DNA of 64,000 nucleotides, from NCBI RefSeq assembly GCF_032191835.1, contig NC_083242.1:558001-622000 (forward strand). Reading direction: 5' to 3'. The stretch's first letter is position 1. Each line of letters starts with the position of its first letter. This DNA comes from Heteronotia binoei. Lineage: Eukaryota. The notes beneath the pieces are model-generated. The model made no database searches and had not been told where the DNA came from. It worked only from the letters and a program-made list of their open reading frames with translations. This document shows positions 20,144 to 35,100 of this stretch, piece by piece. The translations under genes were made by a program, and so were the position numbers.

Positions 20144-20837
20144 TAGGTAGGTAGGAAGGAAGGGTAGAAAGAAAGCCACTTGAACTTTAACTGCATTTTC
20201 CAAGCTGCTGGATTTAAAGAGAGAAACCCCTTTTCCATGCAAGGGCTGCTGGACTCCCTGGTCTTTTCCCTCTTTGCAACGGGGGGGGGGGGGGGGGGCA
20301 GGCACAGGGTCATCTTCCCACCTCCTGCCACTCCACCCAGTTGTGCCAGGAGCACTGCCCCAGGGCAGAAGCTCAGTCCTCGGCTGGCTTGGCTTGGCCC
20401 CCCAGAGCAGATCCTGTCCCCACCCTGGTTGGGCCTGCCTCACTTTTCTGCAAGGAGCATGCCCAGTTCACCTGTCCCATGGCTGTGGGTTCCATTTCTT
20501 CGCACCAGCAGCTGCCTGCTTCCCCCCCCCCCCCAAGTCTGTTGTGCTGAAGGAGCATTTGCTTAAGACTGCAGCCAGAGGAAGAAACCCCAAAGCCCCA
20601 GGAAGGAGATGAACCCACTGCTCGGAAGCCCCAGACATCAGCCCTTTTCATTCATCCCCTCGCCGAAAGCTGGGGTTCTGTGAAGGGCAATGCTGATTCC
20701 ACCCCCACCCCCATGTGTGCCATCCACTCTGGGGCTACAGTTCTCTGCATGGAAGCCCCTGTGCTATTCTCCCTGGTGTCCCAGTGGCTACTGCCCCCCC
20801 CCCCCAGTTGGCCCAAACATGGGTTTGAAGGAAAGAT

Positions 20838-21175
20838 GAACATAACATCAGAGAAGCCACGTTGGATCAGGCCAACACTGTGTCACACAGCAGCCAAAAA
20901 CCCCAGGTGCCATCAGGAGGTTCATCAGTGGGGCCAGGACACTAGAAGCCCTCCCACTGTGCCCCCCCCAAGCACCCAGAATCCAGAGCATCCCTGCCCC
21001 AGACATAAGAACATGAGAAGCCATGTTGGATCATGCCAGTGGCCCCTCCAGTCCAACACTCTGTGTCACACAGTGGCCAAAAAACCCAGGTGCCATCAGG
21101 AGGTTCATCAGTGGGGCGAGGACACTTGAAGCCCTCCCACTGTTGCCCCCCCTCCCCCCGCAAGCACCAAGATGG
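20838..21175 (-). mobile_element. CR1 3'UTR fragment, two tandem copies (about 165 bp)
   Basis: GAGAAGCCA(C/T)GTTGGATCA...TGTGTCACACAG...CCCAGGTGCCATCAGGAGG occurs twice; same family as 19711. Confidence 0.7.
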
Positions 21176-21209
21176 TTGCAGTTGACAAAGGAACAGAGGA
21201 GGAGACTGG

Positions 21210-21420
21210 ATTTATTTATCCCCCACCCTTCGCTACCTGGAGGAGTCTCAGAGGGGCTTCCAATCTTCTTTCCCTTCTCCTCCCCACAACAGACACTCTG
21301 TGAGGGAGGTAGGGCTAAGACAGCTCTTTTGGGAACTGCTCTTGAGAGAACTTGTGACTGACCCAAGCCCACCCAGCTGTATGCATGTGGAGGAGGAGTG
21401 GGAAATCAAACCCAGTTCTC
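21210..21420 (-). mobile_element. SINE family A (Squam3-like), single copy
   Basis: GGATTTATTTATCCCC...CAGACACTCTGTGAGG...AAACCCAGTTCTCCCAGATAAGAG matches the family seen at 26400 and 33320. Confidence 0.7.
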
Positions 21421-21703
21421 CCAGATAAGAGTCGTGGGCCACTGGAGGAGGCTGTGTGACTTCTGCTCTAAAAAAGCCCATGCCAAGAAGGGCAGAGGAA
21501 CCGTTTCCCCACCATGCTGGTGCACACTTGCCTTCCCAGGAGGCAGCAGCATCCCAGCCTCCCCTTTCTCCACAGAGCACAGCAGCCTCTGCCCCCCCCC
21601 CCCGCTTCATCCAGTCCTGGTCCCCCCCCCCCCGGCAACCCCTCCCCCCCCAGAGCTCTGGCCAAAAAGCACCACCAGCACCTGACTGGACCCACTTCGG
21701 AAT

Positions 21704-21709
21704 TTTAAT
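21704..21709 (-). terminator. Candidate DCTN5 polyadenylation signal ATTAAA
   Basis: TTTAAT on the + strand about 660 nt past the stop; variant hexamer. Confidence 0.4.
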
Positions 21710-22372
21710 CTGTACATGGAAATATACACAAAACAGCAATGAGCAGCGGTGGGGGCACCCCAGCCCCGTGTTGGGAGAATGCCAGGGTGGTTCATGTGTG
21801 GCAGAGCCCGACGGTGCCCAGGCACACAGAGAAGAAAGCCAAGCCTGTTGTCACGGGGGCTGTGGGTCGATCTGGGGGCACCTCCTCACCCAGGAGACAT
21901 GGAGAGAAGAGAGAAGTGCAGGGGCGCCTGCCCCCTGGGAAAGCATGAGAGGACCCATCGCCCTCCAGGGACATGCAGACAGCCCCAGCAAGACAGGAGA
22001 GGTTCTCCTGTGAAGGCCAACTGAGCCACGCGGCCCAGAAATGACCCAAGCAAAGCAACTGGCTAGGAGCGGGAAGGGGGAGCAACTGCAGCAGCCCCTC
22101 CCCTGCTCTCAGGCTGCTCTGGGCTCCTCTTTGGGGTTAGAGGAGGCTTTGTGTCCACCTGCTTCATCCCCCCCCCCCATCAACTATGTTCTCCCAGGAG
22201 GGCACTTGCCAAGACTAGAAACCACCCCAAACCTCCAGCCTTCATGACATGCAGCACAAGGGGGGAGGGGGATGCACAAAAGGAGAAGGCGGCTCTCTCC
22301 AGACCCCCAAACAGGGAGCCCAAACAGCCCCCTGCGGAGACCTCCTGCCGGAGCCAAGCTGCAGAGAGAGGC

Positions 22373-25840
<3,468 letters not shown>

Positions 25841-26111
25841 CGCGCCCCAAGAGCAGGAGGAGGAGGAGGCTCCGCCCGGTGCAGCCCCGCAGGAGGACTC
25901 ACACTCCCGCTTCCGGTTTCCAGGGGCCACTCTAGCCCCGCTCTATGGTGCCTTTGTTCCGCACGCTTCCTCCGGCGGCCGGAAGTGGCTGCGTGAAGCC
26001 CGCGGGGCTTTCGCACGTGTGCGTAGAAGGGCCGGGCCTTCTTGCGGCTTCCTGATTGGCGCGCAGGGGCGGAGGGGGCGTGGCCGGCGGCGGCGGGAAG
26101 TTGGAGCGGGC
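25841..26111. promoter_or_regulatory. Bidirectional CpG-island promoter DCTN5/PALB2
   Basis: The divergent ATGs are 271 bp apart. ETS/GABP CTTCCGG at 25910-25916 and CCGGAAGT at 25979-25986, E-box CACGTG at 26014-26019, reverse CCAAT at 26055-26059, GC box at 26066-26072. Confidence 0.85.
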
Positions 26112-29100
26112 ATGGCTGCCCTGAGCGCGCGCGACAAGGAGAAGGTGGGAGCCCTTCACACGCTCTGCACGGCCCTTGCCATTGGGACATCCCTGCGCCG
26201 AGAAAGGCAGCGCCGCAGGGAGGGAGAGGGCTGCTTTCTAGTGGCGGGGAGTCCCCCTGCAGCTGCTCCTGCCCCCTCGTGCCCTCCTTGCACGCGTGAA
26301 CGGCTCCCTGGGAGGCACAAAGCTCTTTATCCACCTTTTCTCCAAGGAGGTCCGGGTTGCATTTGAGGTGGCTTGAGAACTCCCATTTCAGAAGACAGGG
26401 GAGCCAATCTGGTGTAGCGTTTAAGTGCACGGACTCTTATCTGGGAGAACCGGGTTTGATTCCCCCCTCCTCCACTTGCAGCTGCTGGAATGGCCTTGGG
26501 TCAGCCAGAGCTCTCTTATCTGGCAGAACCGGGTTGGATTCCCCACTCCTCCACTTGCAGCTGCTGGAATGGTCTTGGGTCAGCCAGAGCTCTCTTATCT
26601 GGGAGAACCGGGTTGGATTCCCCACTCCTCCACTTGCAGCTGCTGGAATGGCCTTGGGTCAGCCAGAGCTCTCTTATCTGGGAGAACCGGGTTTGATTCC
26701 CCACTCCTCCACTTGCACCTGCTGGAATGGCCTTGGGTCAGCCATAGCTCTCTTATCTGGGAGAACCGGGTTTGATTCCCCACTCCTCCACTTGCAGCTG
26801 CTGGAATGGTCTTGGGTCAGCCAGAGCTCTCTTATCTGGGAGAACCGGGTTTGATTCCCCACTCCTCCACTTGCACCTGCTGGAATGGCCTTGGGTCAGC
26901 CAGAGCTCTCTTATCTGGGAGAACCAGGTTTGATTCCCCACTCCTCCACTTGCAGCTGCTGGAATGGTCTTGGGTCAGCCAGAGCTCTCTTATCTGGGAG
27001 AACCGGGTTGGATTCCCCACTCCTCCACTTGCAGCTGCTGGAATGGCCTTGGGTCAGCCAGAGCTCTCTTATCTGGAAGAACCGGGTTTGATTCCCCCCT
27101 CCTCCACTTGCAGCTGCTGGAATGGCCTTGGGTCAGCCAGAGCTCTCTTATCTGGGAGAACCGGGTTTGATTCCCCACTCCTCCACTTGCAGCTGCTGGA
27201 ATGGCCTTGGGTCAGCCAGAGCTCTCTTATCTGGGAGAACCGGGTTTGATTTCCCCCTCCTCCACTTGCAGCTGCTGGAATGGCCTTGGGTCAGCCAGAG
27301 CTCTCTTATCTGGGAGAACCGGGTTGGATTCCCCACTCATCCGCTTGCACCTGCTGGAATGGCCTTGGGTCAGCCATAGCTCTCTTATCTGGGAGAACCG
27401 GGTTTGATTCCCCACTTCTCCACTTCCACCTGCTGGAATAACCTTGTGTCAGCCATAGCTCTGGCAGAGGTTGTCCTTGAGAGCCCTCTCAGCCCCACCC
27501 ACCTTACAGGGTGTCTGTTGAGGGGAAAGAAGATATAGGAAATTGTAGGCTGCTCTGAGACTCTGTCCTTGAAAGGACAGCTTCTGGGAGAGCTCTCTCA
27601 GCCCCACCCACATCACAGGGTGTGTGTTGAGGGGAAAGAAGATAAAGAAGATTGTAGGCCACTCTGAGACTCTGTCCTTGAAAGGGCAGGTGCTGGGAGA
27701 TCCTTCTCAGCCCCACCCACCTCACAGGGTGTCTGTTGAGGGGAAAGAAGATATAGGAGATTGTAGGCTGCTCTGTCCTTGAAAGGGCAGCTTCTGGGAG
27801 AGCTCTCTCAGCCCCACCCACCTCACAGGGTGTCTGTTGAGGGGAAAGAAGATAAAGGAGATTGTAGGCCACTCTGAGACTCTGTCCTTGAAAGGGCAGG
27901 TGCTGGCAGAGCCTTCTCAGCCCCACCCACCTTACAGGGTGTCTTCTGTGGGGGGAGAAGATAAGGGAGATTGTAAGCTGCTCTGAGACTGATTCAGAGA
28001 GAAGGGCGGGGTGTAAATCTGCAGTCTCACAATAAACCTCTGGCATGATCACTAACAACAGCCTTGCGATGCCTGTGTCTTGCAGCTGAAGGAGAAGTTG
28101 GCCGTACTGGAGAGACAGTACAGGAAGACGTTCAAGAGGCTGCAGGTGGGTCAGGACAGCCCCTCTCTCTCCAGGGCCCGGCTGTCTGGTCTCTCCAGGT
28201 GTGGGAGAGGAACAAGTTTATGGCATCCTTATGCTTAATGAGCCAAGCAGCGCAGCAAATGCCCCAAAACCATGGGAAAGGCTAATCCTCTGCCTTACTC
28301 TCCGCAGCGTGCTGAAAGAGCCGAGAAGGTCAAGAGTTACGTCAAGAAAACAGTTGCGGAGCAAAACAGCTTGCTTCTGCAAGCAGCGGCTGAGGAGGGC
28401 CCTGCAGGTAACCAGTGAGACATGCCAGTCGGGAGGCCCAGATCTCTCTGCTTAGTGAGCAAGCCGCCCACCGCCCACACATGTTCTTGAAGCCTCCCAC
28501 ATTTCCCCACAGCACAGCCCTGCTTGAGCACCTTCAGGCCCAAAAGGGAGGGGAAAACCTCTCTTTCTCCCTCCCTCCCTTCCTCCCCCCCTCTCTGTGA
28601 AATTGCCCCCCTCGCACTCTGCCCAGGGCAGCACTGACAGAGTCCTTTTGCTTTGCTGAGGCTCCTTGGCCAAAAGGGTGTCCCTTCAGGAACTGAAGCT
28701 CTTCTTTCCCTTTTCTGTTCTGTTCTTCTAGAATGTTGCCGTTGCCAACTTGTTGGTCAAAACATGCCTAATTGAGCCCTCTGGGCTGGGAGGGAGGGGC
28801 CTACTCAGGAGCTGCCTTTTGTTCCGCAGATTCCACCAGGCAGGGGGCTCCGGAAGGCTCCAAGAGCATCCCAGCTGGCTCTTGTCCCAAGAGGAGCGCT
28901 GTCAAAACTCCCTCCGTCACCTTCAGTCTTGAGCCGGAGGTGTTTAGTCGAGAAAGCGACTTGCCTGTGAACTCAGGCTCAGAATGTACCGAGAGGGAGC
29001 ATGAAGGGATTCTGGGTGGCACCATGCAGCCAATTCCTGGGAAAAACCGGAGCCGCCTATCCAGAAGCAGAAGGAGGGGACGGGAAAGTGTGGCTTCGGA

Positions 29101-32100
29101 GGAGAGCAGAGACGTTGCACGTGATGGAGAGGAGCTGGGGCACAAAGGAGCTGGCTGGGAGGGCTCTCAGTCCCCCGTGTTCACGAGACGTGGCAGCGGT
29201 TTGGAGCTTGACCCAAGCATCCCAAGGACACCTTCAGCTGGAGCACAAGGAAGCAGCGCTGCGACACCACAGCTGGAAGATGTACAGGGACCGCTTGGGG
29301 GAAACGTCATTCCCGGAGGCCTCAGTCCACTCCCCGGCTACCTCTTGGAGGAGAGTTGGGGTCCGTCCCTGGAGCACCCGTGGAAGGAGGGCACCTTTGC
29401 CCTCCCTGAAGTTTCAGCAGTCGAGGACACGGGCTGGCTTGCTGACGTTCAGCATCTCTCAAAAGAAAAAGAGGGAGGCAGGGAGGATGAAGCCGATGTG
29501 GGCAGAACTGCTCCCCAGGAGAGTGGGGGTGGAGCTGCCCCCCCACGGGGAGAGTCACAGAGCTCCAGACACTGCAAGGGTGACTCTCCTGCTGCCCAGC
29601 CTGCGAAGGCAAATTCAGGGGGTGGGGCAGAGGCGGCCTCTCCCCTCTTCGAGGGGGTTTCTCCAGCCGCCCCCACCCGCAGCCTGCTGGACTCCTGCAC
29701 GGTCGTGGAGGGGCTCCTCTTCCCGGTGGAGTATTACGTGAGGACCACGCGGAGGATGGCCAGTCGCCAGCGGGAGCTGAACCTGGCAGCCGTCATTCAG
29801 AGCCAGCTGGGCACGAGGAGGCGGAGCCAGAGGGCCTCCCCCAAGGACAGAGTGGCGAGTCCCGCCCCCTCCTCCCAAGGGCTGTCGGCGAGCCCTCCTG
29901 AAGCCAGCCAGGGGGGTGGGAGTGGGTCTCCTCTGCCCTCAAACGAGGGTCCCGGGGAAGGGATGGCTCCGAGCAGAAGGGGGAGGCGGAAGGGGAGAGG
30001 GCGGCCCAGGCGCACAGCTGCAAGCCGTGGAGCACGAGAACCGCTGGCGTCCGTGGGTCTCCCCTCAAGTGGGGCACGTGGCTCTGAGCCTCGAGAGCAG
30101 GCTGAGAATCAGAGTGGTGCCAGGGTGGAGCCAGCCCCAGAGGGCACCCCGTCTTTGCATCAAAGTGAGTCCTTGAGCACTTCTCTGGAACGCCAGGCAG
30201 GAAGAACGTCCCCAGGTGAGTGGTTCCGAAACTCAGTGGGTTTTTTTGGGGGGGGGGGGGACTTGTGGTTTCCCAGCGCTCCGAAGAGGCGTTTCATGTG
30301 GGGGGGTCATGGTGAAATTGTCCTTGAGGGCCACAGTCACACCTTCTGTGGGCTTTGGGGGGACAGGAGGGGCAGGGGCCTTCTGACGGCAAAGGGTGAG
30401 GTTGCCTGGCTGGTTCTCTTCAGCTCTCACGGAGCTGTCCCTCCTACAAGGCTTCCTCAGACTCTGAACACCCTTCAGGACGGAGCTTGTTGGGAAACGG
30501 GCAGATCTGAGCCTGGGGTGTCCCCCCTGGGAAGGTCTCCTGTGCAAGAGCGTAGGAGAGTCTGTGCGCCACCGTTTGCTTCAGTGGCCCTTGTGGAGTA
30601 GACCCTCCCTGTGGATTGGGCCCCGCGTTCATGAGGGCGGGTAGATTTTCCACCATAGATCCCAAAATGTCTCAGGCGTGACCTGCTGCAGAAGTTTGCA
30701 TTCTGTGGCCTTCTCTGTGTGCAAAGTGCTGGGGCGGCATTTAAAAACACGCCTGGTCGTGCGCCCAGGTTCCCTGGCTGCAGCTGTACGACGAGGGTCC
30801 GGAGGTGTGGGTGAGTTCCTCTTCTGTGTTTGCAGGTGGAAGGGGGAGCAGGCCGTGTGGGGCGGGGCCAGGACCTCCTTCTCTCAGCAGTCTTAACTGG
30901 CTGCCCACTGACTTGGCCCTCTGCGAATTCCACCTGCCTGCTGATGAGTTTGGCCTCCTCCAGTCAGAAAAAGTCAGAGCTTCCACCGCAAAAGTGCTGG
31001 AGATCGCAGGCGCCGGCGAGTCACCCGAGGATCTCCAGGGGGCTGATGATGCTGTCCTTCAGACTGCAGAGGAGAGGCCAGGCGACGTTCTCCTTTCTCC
31101 AGAGGATCTGCCCGCAGAGCCCGCGTTGGGCTTGCACACAAGCAAGCTGCTCCTCTCCCCAGCTCATGTCACCTCGGAGGGGGGAAGCCCTCAGCAGGAA
31201 TCCCAGCTGCCCACCCCGCTTTTCCCCATGGTGGGGGCAACCCCTGCCACTCAGGGCTTTGGTGACTCTCCTCAGCAAGTGCCAGCAACTTCCCCTCCTG
31301 AGCCAAGTGCCAGAGCAGTGGGCAAGCCAGCCTGTGGCATGGAGGAGGAGCAGTGCCACCCGAGGACGTTATGCCCGGAGGATGAAGGGGGAGCCCTCCG
31401 GAAGCAGGATGAAGCAGCGGTGAGCCTGGGGGCAAGGCAGGAGCTGGTGGCGGAGTCCGAAGAGCCCTGTGGGGCCTCTGCTGACCAGGTAAGAGGAGGC
31501 CTGGCCTACTCCCTTGCGTTGCTCTGGGAGAAGGCAGAAATGGGGCTGGCAGAACAATCTCTGGGTTTTGCTGCCAAGTAGACCTAGAGCCCTGCATCCA
31601 GCCTAAGGAACTGAAATCTGCACTCACCTCCCTTCTCTCTTTGGGCTGCTTCCAAAGTCTCCGTGCTCCTTCCCTCTCTCTTGGGCCCCCTTTTCACACC
31701 CGGGCCTTCTTTGTGTTCATATCCTTGGTCCTTTCTGTTTCCCAGCTCTCTGTGTTCGTGCTTGTTGGGCCACCTCTTCCTGTCTCCAGGCAGTGAGATC
31801 CTGCAAGAGAGAACGACCTTTCACTTTCCTCACAAGCACTGCACTGACTCCCAACACCCTGTGGTTTTCCCCTGAGTAGCTATAATGTCCACGGCATCCA
31901 GAACCTCTCCTCAGGAGGCTGCTGGAGCTCACACGTGATCGGCAAGAGCGAGCTAGAAGCGGCAGATCTTGTTTTCTACGAGACCCTTGAGACTGATGCA
32001 GCCACACTGCTACCCCCGAGCAGGATCTTTTCCCCCCGAGCTCTCCCTCTGCGTCGTTCACAGGGCTGGGTGTCGCTGAGAACAGCTGGCTCTGGGCTTC

Positions 32101-35100
32101 TTCTCACTGGATCTTGATGTTTTCTTGCAGCAGGACGCAGCAGCAGGAGGCCCGGCACAGGCGCCGGGGGGGCGACAGGGAGAAGGGAATTTGCAGCTGA
32201 TCTCCAAGCTAAAGGTGGGCAGGACAGAATGGTGTGGAGCTGCCTGCGGGTGGTTCAGGGGCTTAATTCCATGCCACATGGAGAATGCCTCCTGCAAACA
32301 CTCAACTGTCCGTGTGTCTTGTGGAGGTTCAGGCCTAGCGAGACAATCCCATTCAGACTTCCTTGGAACATCAAAGAGGCAAAATTTGCCACTTGCAGCT
32401 TCCAGGAAGGCCGGAATTTGGTGCTCCCCCCCCCATAATAATAATAATAATAATAATGACCAGGTTGTGGGGCCACCCAGCCTCGTTTTTGCCTGTTGGA
32501 GTCTTGTCTTACTTGTCTCATCTGAGCCTCGTCTTACTGCTGATGGCCCAGAGTGATGGATGCCCACTGGGGCCAGTAAACTGTGCTGGAACAACTCCCT
32601 TCCTCCTTCTGTGTTGTCCAGAATCCCACTGGTTCCTGCCCTGTGGACATGAGCACAGTGTGGTGGGAAGTGGCTGACTTCACGGAGTTGTGCATTGTGA
32701 CCGCTTGCGAGACTTCTGTTGCCCTCTGGAGGCGTCTGGACTCCGGCTGCTGGGAGACCATCCACACCTGGAGTTTTGCAGAGGTAGACGCCTGGGCTGA
32801 GCATCATGCCCCGCCCAGCAGTGGCCTCTTTGCACCTTCCTGGCCCCACCCCCACCCCACCCCACCCTCCTGCAGAGAGCCAGCCCAGTTGGCTGCTGCT
32901 GAGCAAGCAGTTCGGCCCCACGCCTGGGCTTCCTCTGGGGCTGTGTTGAGCAGGCTGACCCAGCAGATTAAGCGCCTGTGGGGAGTGGGGGACTTGCAAG
33001 GGCCAGAGAAGGGCTGCTTTGGCTGAGCACGAGGTGGGCAGGGGTGGCTTGACCTCTGCGGCCCTCCTCCTCTTCCAGGTCCCGGTCTTCCAACTCATCC
33101 CCCTGCCGGGAGCCCACAGCCTGGTCTGCGTGGCCTTGGGAGGCCTGGAGATAGCTGAGCTCAGGTGAGCAGCCCCCAGGGCTGGAGGCCTCGAAGGTGG
33201 GAACAAACCTGCTTTTCCCAGCAAGGCCACCGGGATGGAGCTCCTGCAGGAAGGCCTCCCAATCCATCCGGGCCGAGCAGCCACCCCCATGGGCGGGGGG
33301 CGGGGAGGGAGCCCTTTGGAGAGCCCGTTTGGGGTAGTGGTGAAGTGCACGGACTCTTATCTGGAAGAACCGGGTTGGATTCCCCACTCCTCCACTTGCA
33401 CCTGCTGGAATGGCCTTGGGTCAGTCAGAGCTCTCGTAGGAGTTGTCCTTGAAAGGGCAGCTGCTGTGAGAGCTCTCTCAGCTCCACCCACCTCACAGGG
33501 TGTCTGTTGTGGGGGAGGAAAGGAAAGGAGATTGTAGGCTGTTCTGAGACTCTGTCCTTGAAAGGGCAGCTGCTGGGAGAGCTCTCTCAGCCCCACCCAC
33601 CTCACAGGGAGTCTGTTGTGGGGGGAGGTGATAAAGGAGATTGTGAGCCGCTCACAGTCTCAGATTCAGAGAGAAGGGCAGGGTATAAATCTGCAGTCTT
33701 CTTCTTTAGAGGGGATGCTTTGAAGAGGGGCATTTCAGTCCCTAAGGAAGGCAGGGGGGAAGGGCAGGCCCAGGGCAGCTCTCAGCCTGCATTTGGGGCT
33801 CAGTTGTCCTCCTGCTTTTCAGCCAGGGTGGACCCCAAAGCTCCTTACAGGCCTCTAACGCACATCCGTCCCCAAAGCCACAAAATTCAGCGTAAGCTAT
33901 TCACAGTGTGGGGGGGGAGGGGGTGTTAGACTCCTTGTTTCCCTCCTTTGCAGGTTTTTGCCCAAGCCTGGCAGAGGGGGGGGGTGTTGGGTGTTGTGGG
34001 CTCCCAGGGTCAGACCACCATACCAGGAGAGGAGGGGACTTTTCTTAACCCCCCAGTGGCCCTGAGTTTGGTATGTACGCCTTTAGGGGGCTGCAGCTGT
34101 ACTGACAAGCTGCCCATTCAGTTCCCCCCACAGGGCCAAAGTCAAACAAACCTGTTCCTTCTTTCCTTCCTTCCTTCCTTCCTTCCAGGCTGCTGTTTCA
34201 TTCTCCGGAAGAAGGCTGCCTGAAACAGTTGTCTATCAAAGCCGGGAATATCACAGCTGTTCTGGGCCTGAGCGGCCAGAGGCTGGTCACCAGCTGCGAT
34301 GGAGCGGTGGAAGTCCTTTCCTTCTCTGAGGCAGGAGGGTGAGAAAGGCAGGGGGTGGGGTGGCTTAGCACCCACCAGAGGAGCAGCTGCTGCTTCTGCC
34401 CACCTTCATGTACCTGTCGGGGTCCTCCCTTTCTAGGGGCTGCAGGAGGCAGGCCTTGTTTCCTCCAGAGGAGACCGTGTCAGCGTTTGCTGCTGTGGAC
34501 GGGATGGCTGAGGCTCTGGTGGGCTTGACAGCTGCCAACTGCGTGGTGGTCTGGTAAGCATCGCTTTGGGAGCTCAGCTGGACTTGGGAGGGGGACCTGG
34601 CAATCAGAGATGTGGCAGGAGAGCTCCGCTGGGGTGCGGGCAGCCATGCCCTCCTCGCAGACTCTTTGGTGCAGAAGCTGGTGCTTCTGCCCTGCTGCCC
34701 ACTGAGGGCCCAGGTGCCCTGCCTCACTGCCTCCCTTCCTCCCGCAGGAATCTGAGCTCCGGGCAGCTGCTGTGTCGGATGCCCCTGGGCTACACCTACC
34801 CTGCACCCGTGTGCCACCAGGCCTCCTCTGACTCGGTGAGTCCCTTCTGTGCAGCAGGCGACGGGAGGGGTGGGGGCGCCATTGTGGCTCAGGGGCAGAG
34901 CATCTGTTTGGCATGGAGAAGGTCCCCGGTCCGTCCCCGCTGGCATCTCCAGCTGAAAGGAGATGGGAAAGACCTCTTAGGCCTCAGCTCTGAGACAGCA
35001 GCTGCCCACCCGAGTAGGCAAGACTGACCATGATGAACCGTGGTGGTGGTGCGGGGGGGCTGGTTCAGTCTAAGGCAGCATCCCGTGTTCCCTCTGCAGC

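Noticed and set aside
26425-27440. Regular 79-bp repeats as a CRISPR array or repeat protein ([14 protein letters not shown]... ORFs)
   Set aside because: No unique spacers, eukaryotic intron context, unit length not a multiple of 3, and the unit is part of a SINE. The same applies to the 45.6, 57.5 and 58.4 kb arrays.
28732-28775. Alternative PALB2 exon 4 acceptor at 28731
   Set aside because: Strong pyrimidine tract, but the required phase hits TGA after about 14 codons; 28830 keeps the frame. A poison-acceptor role is not excluded.
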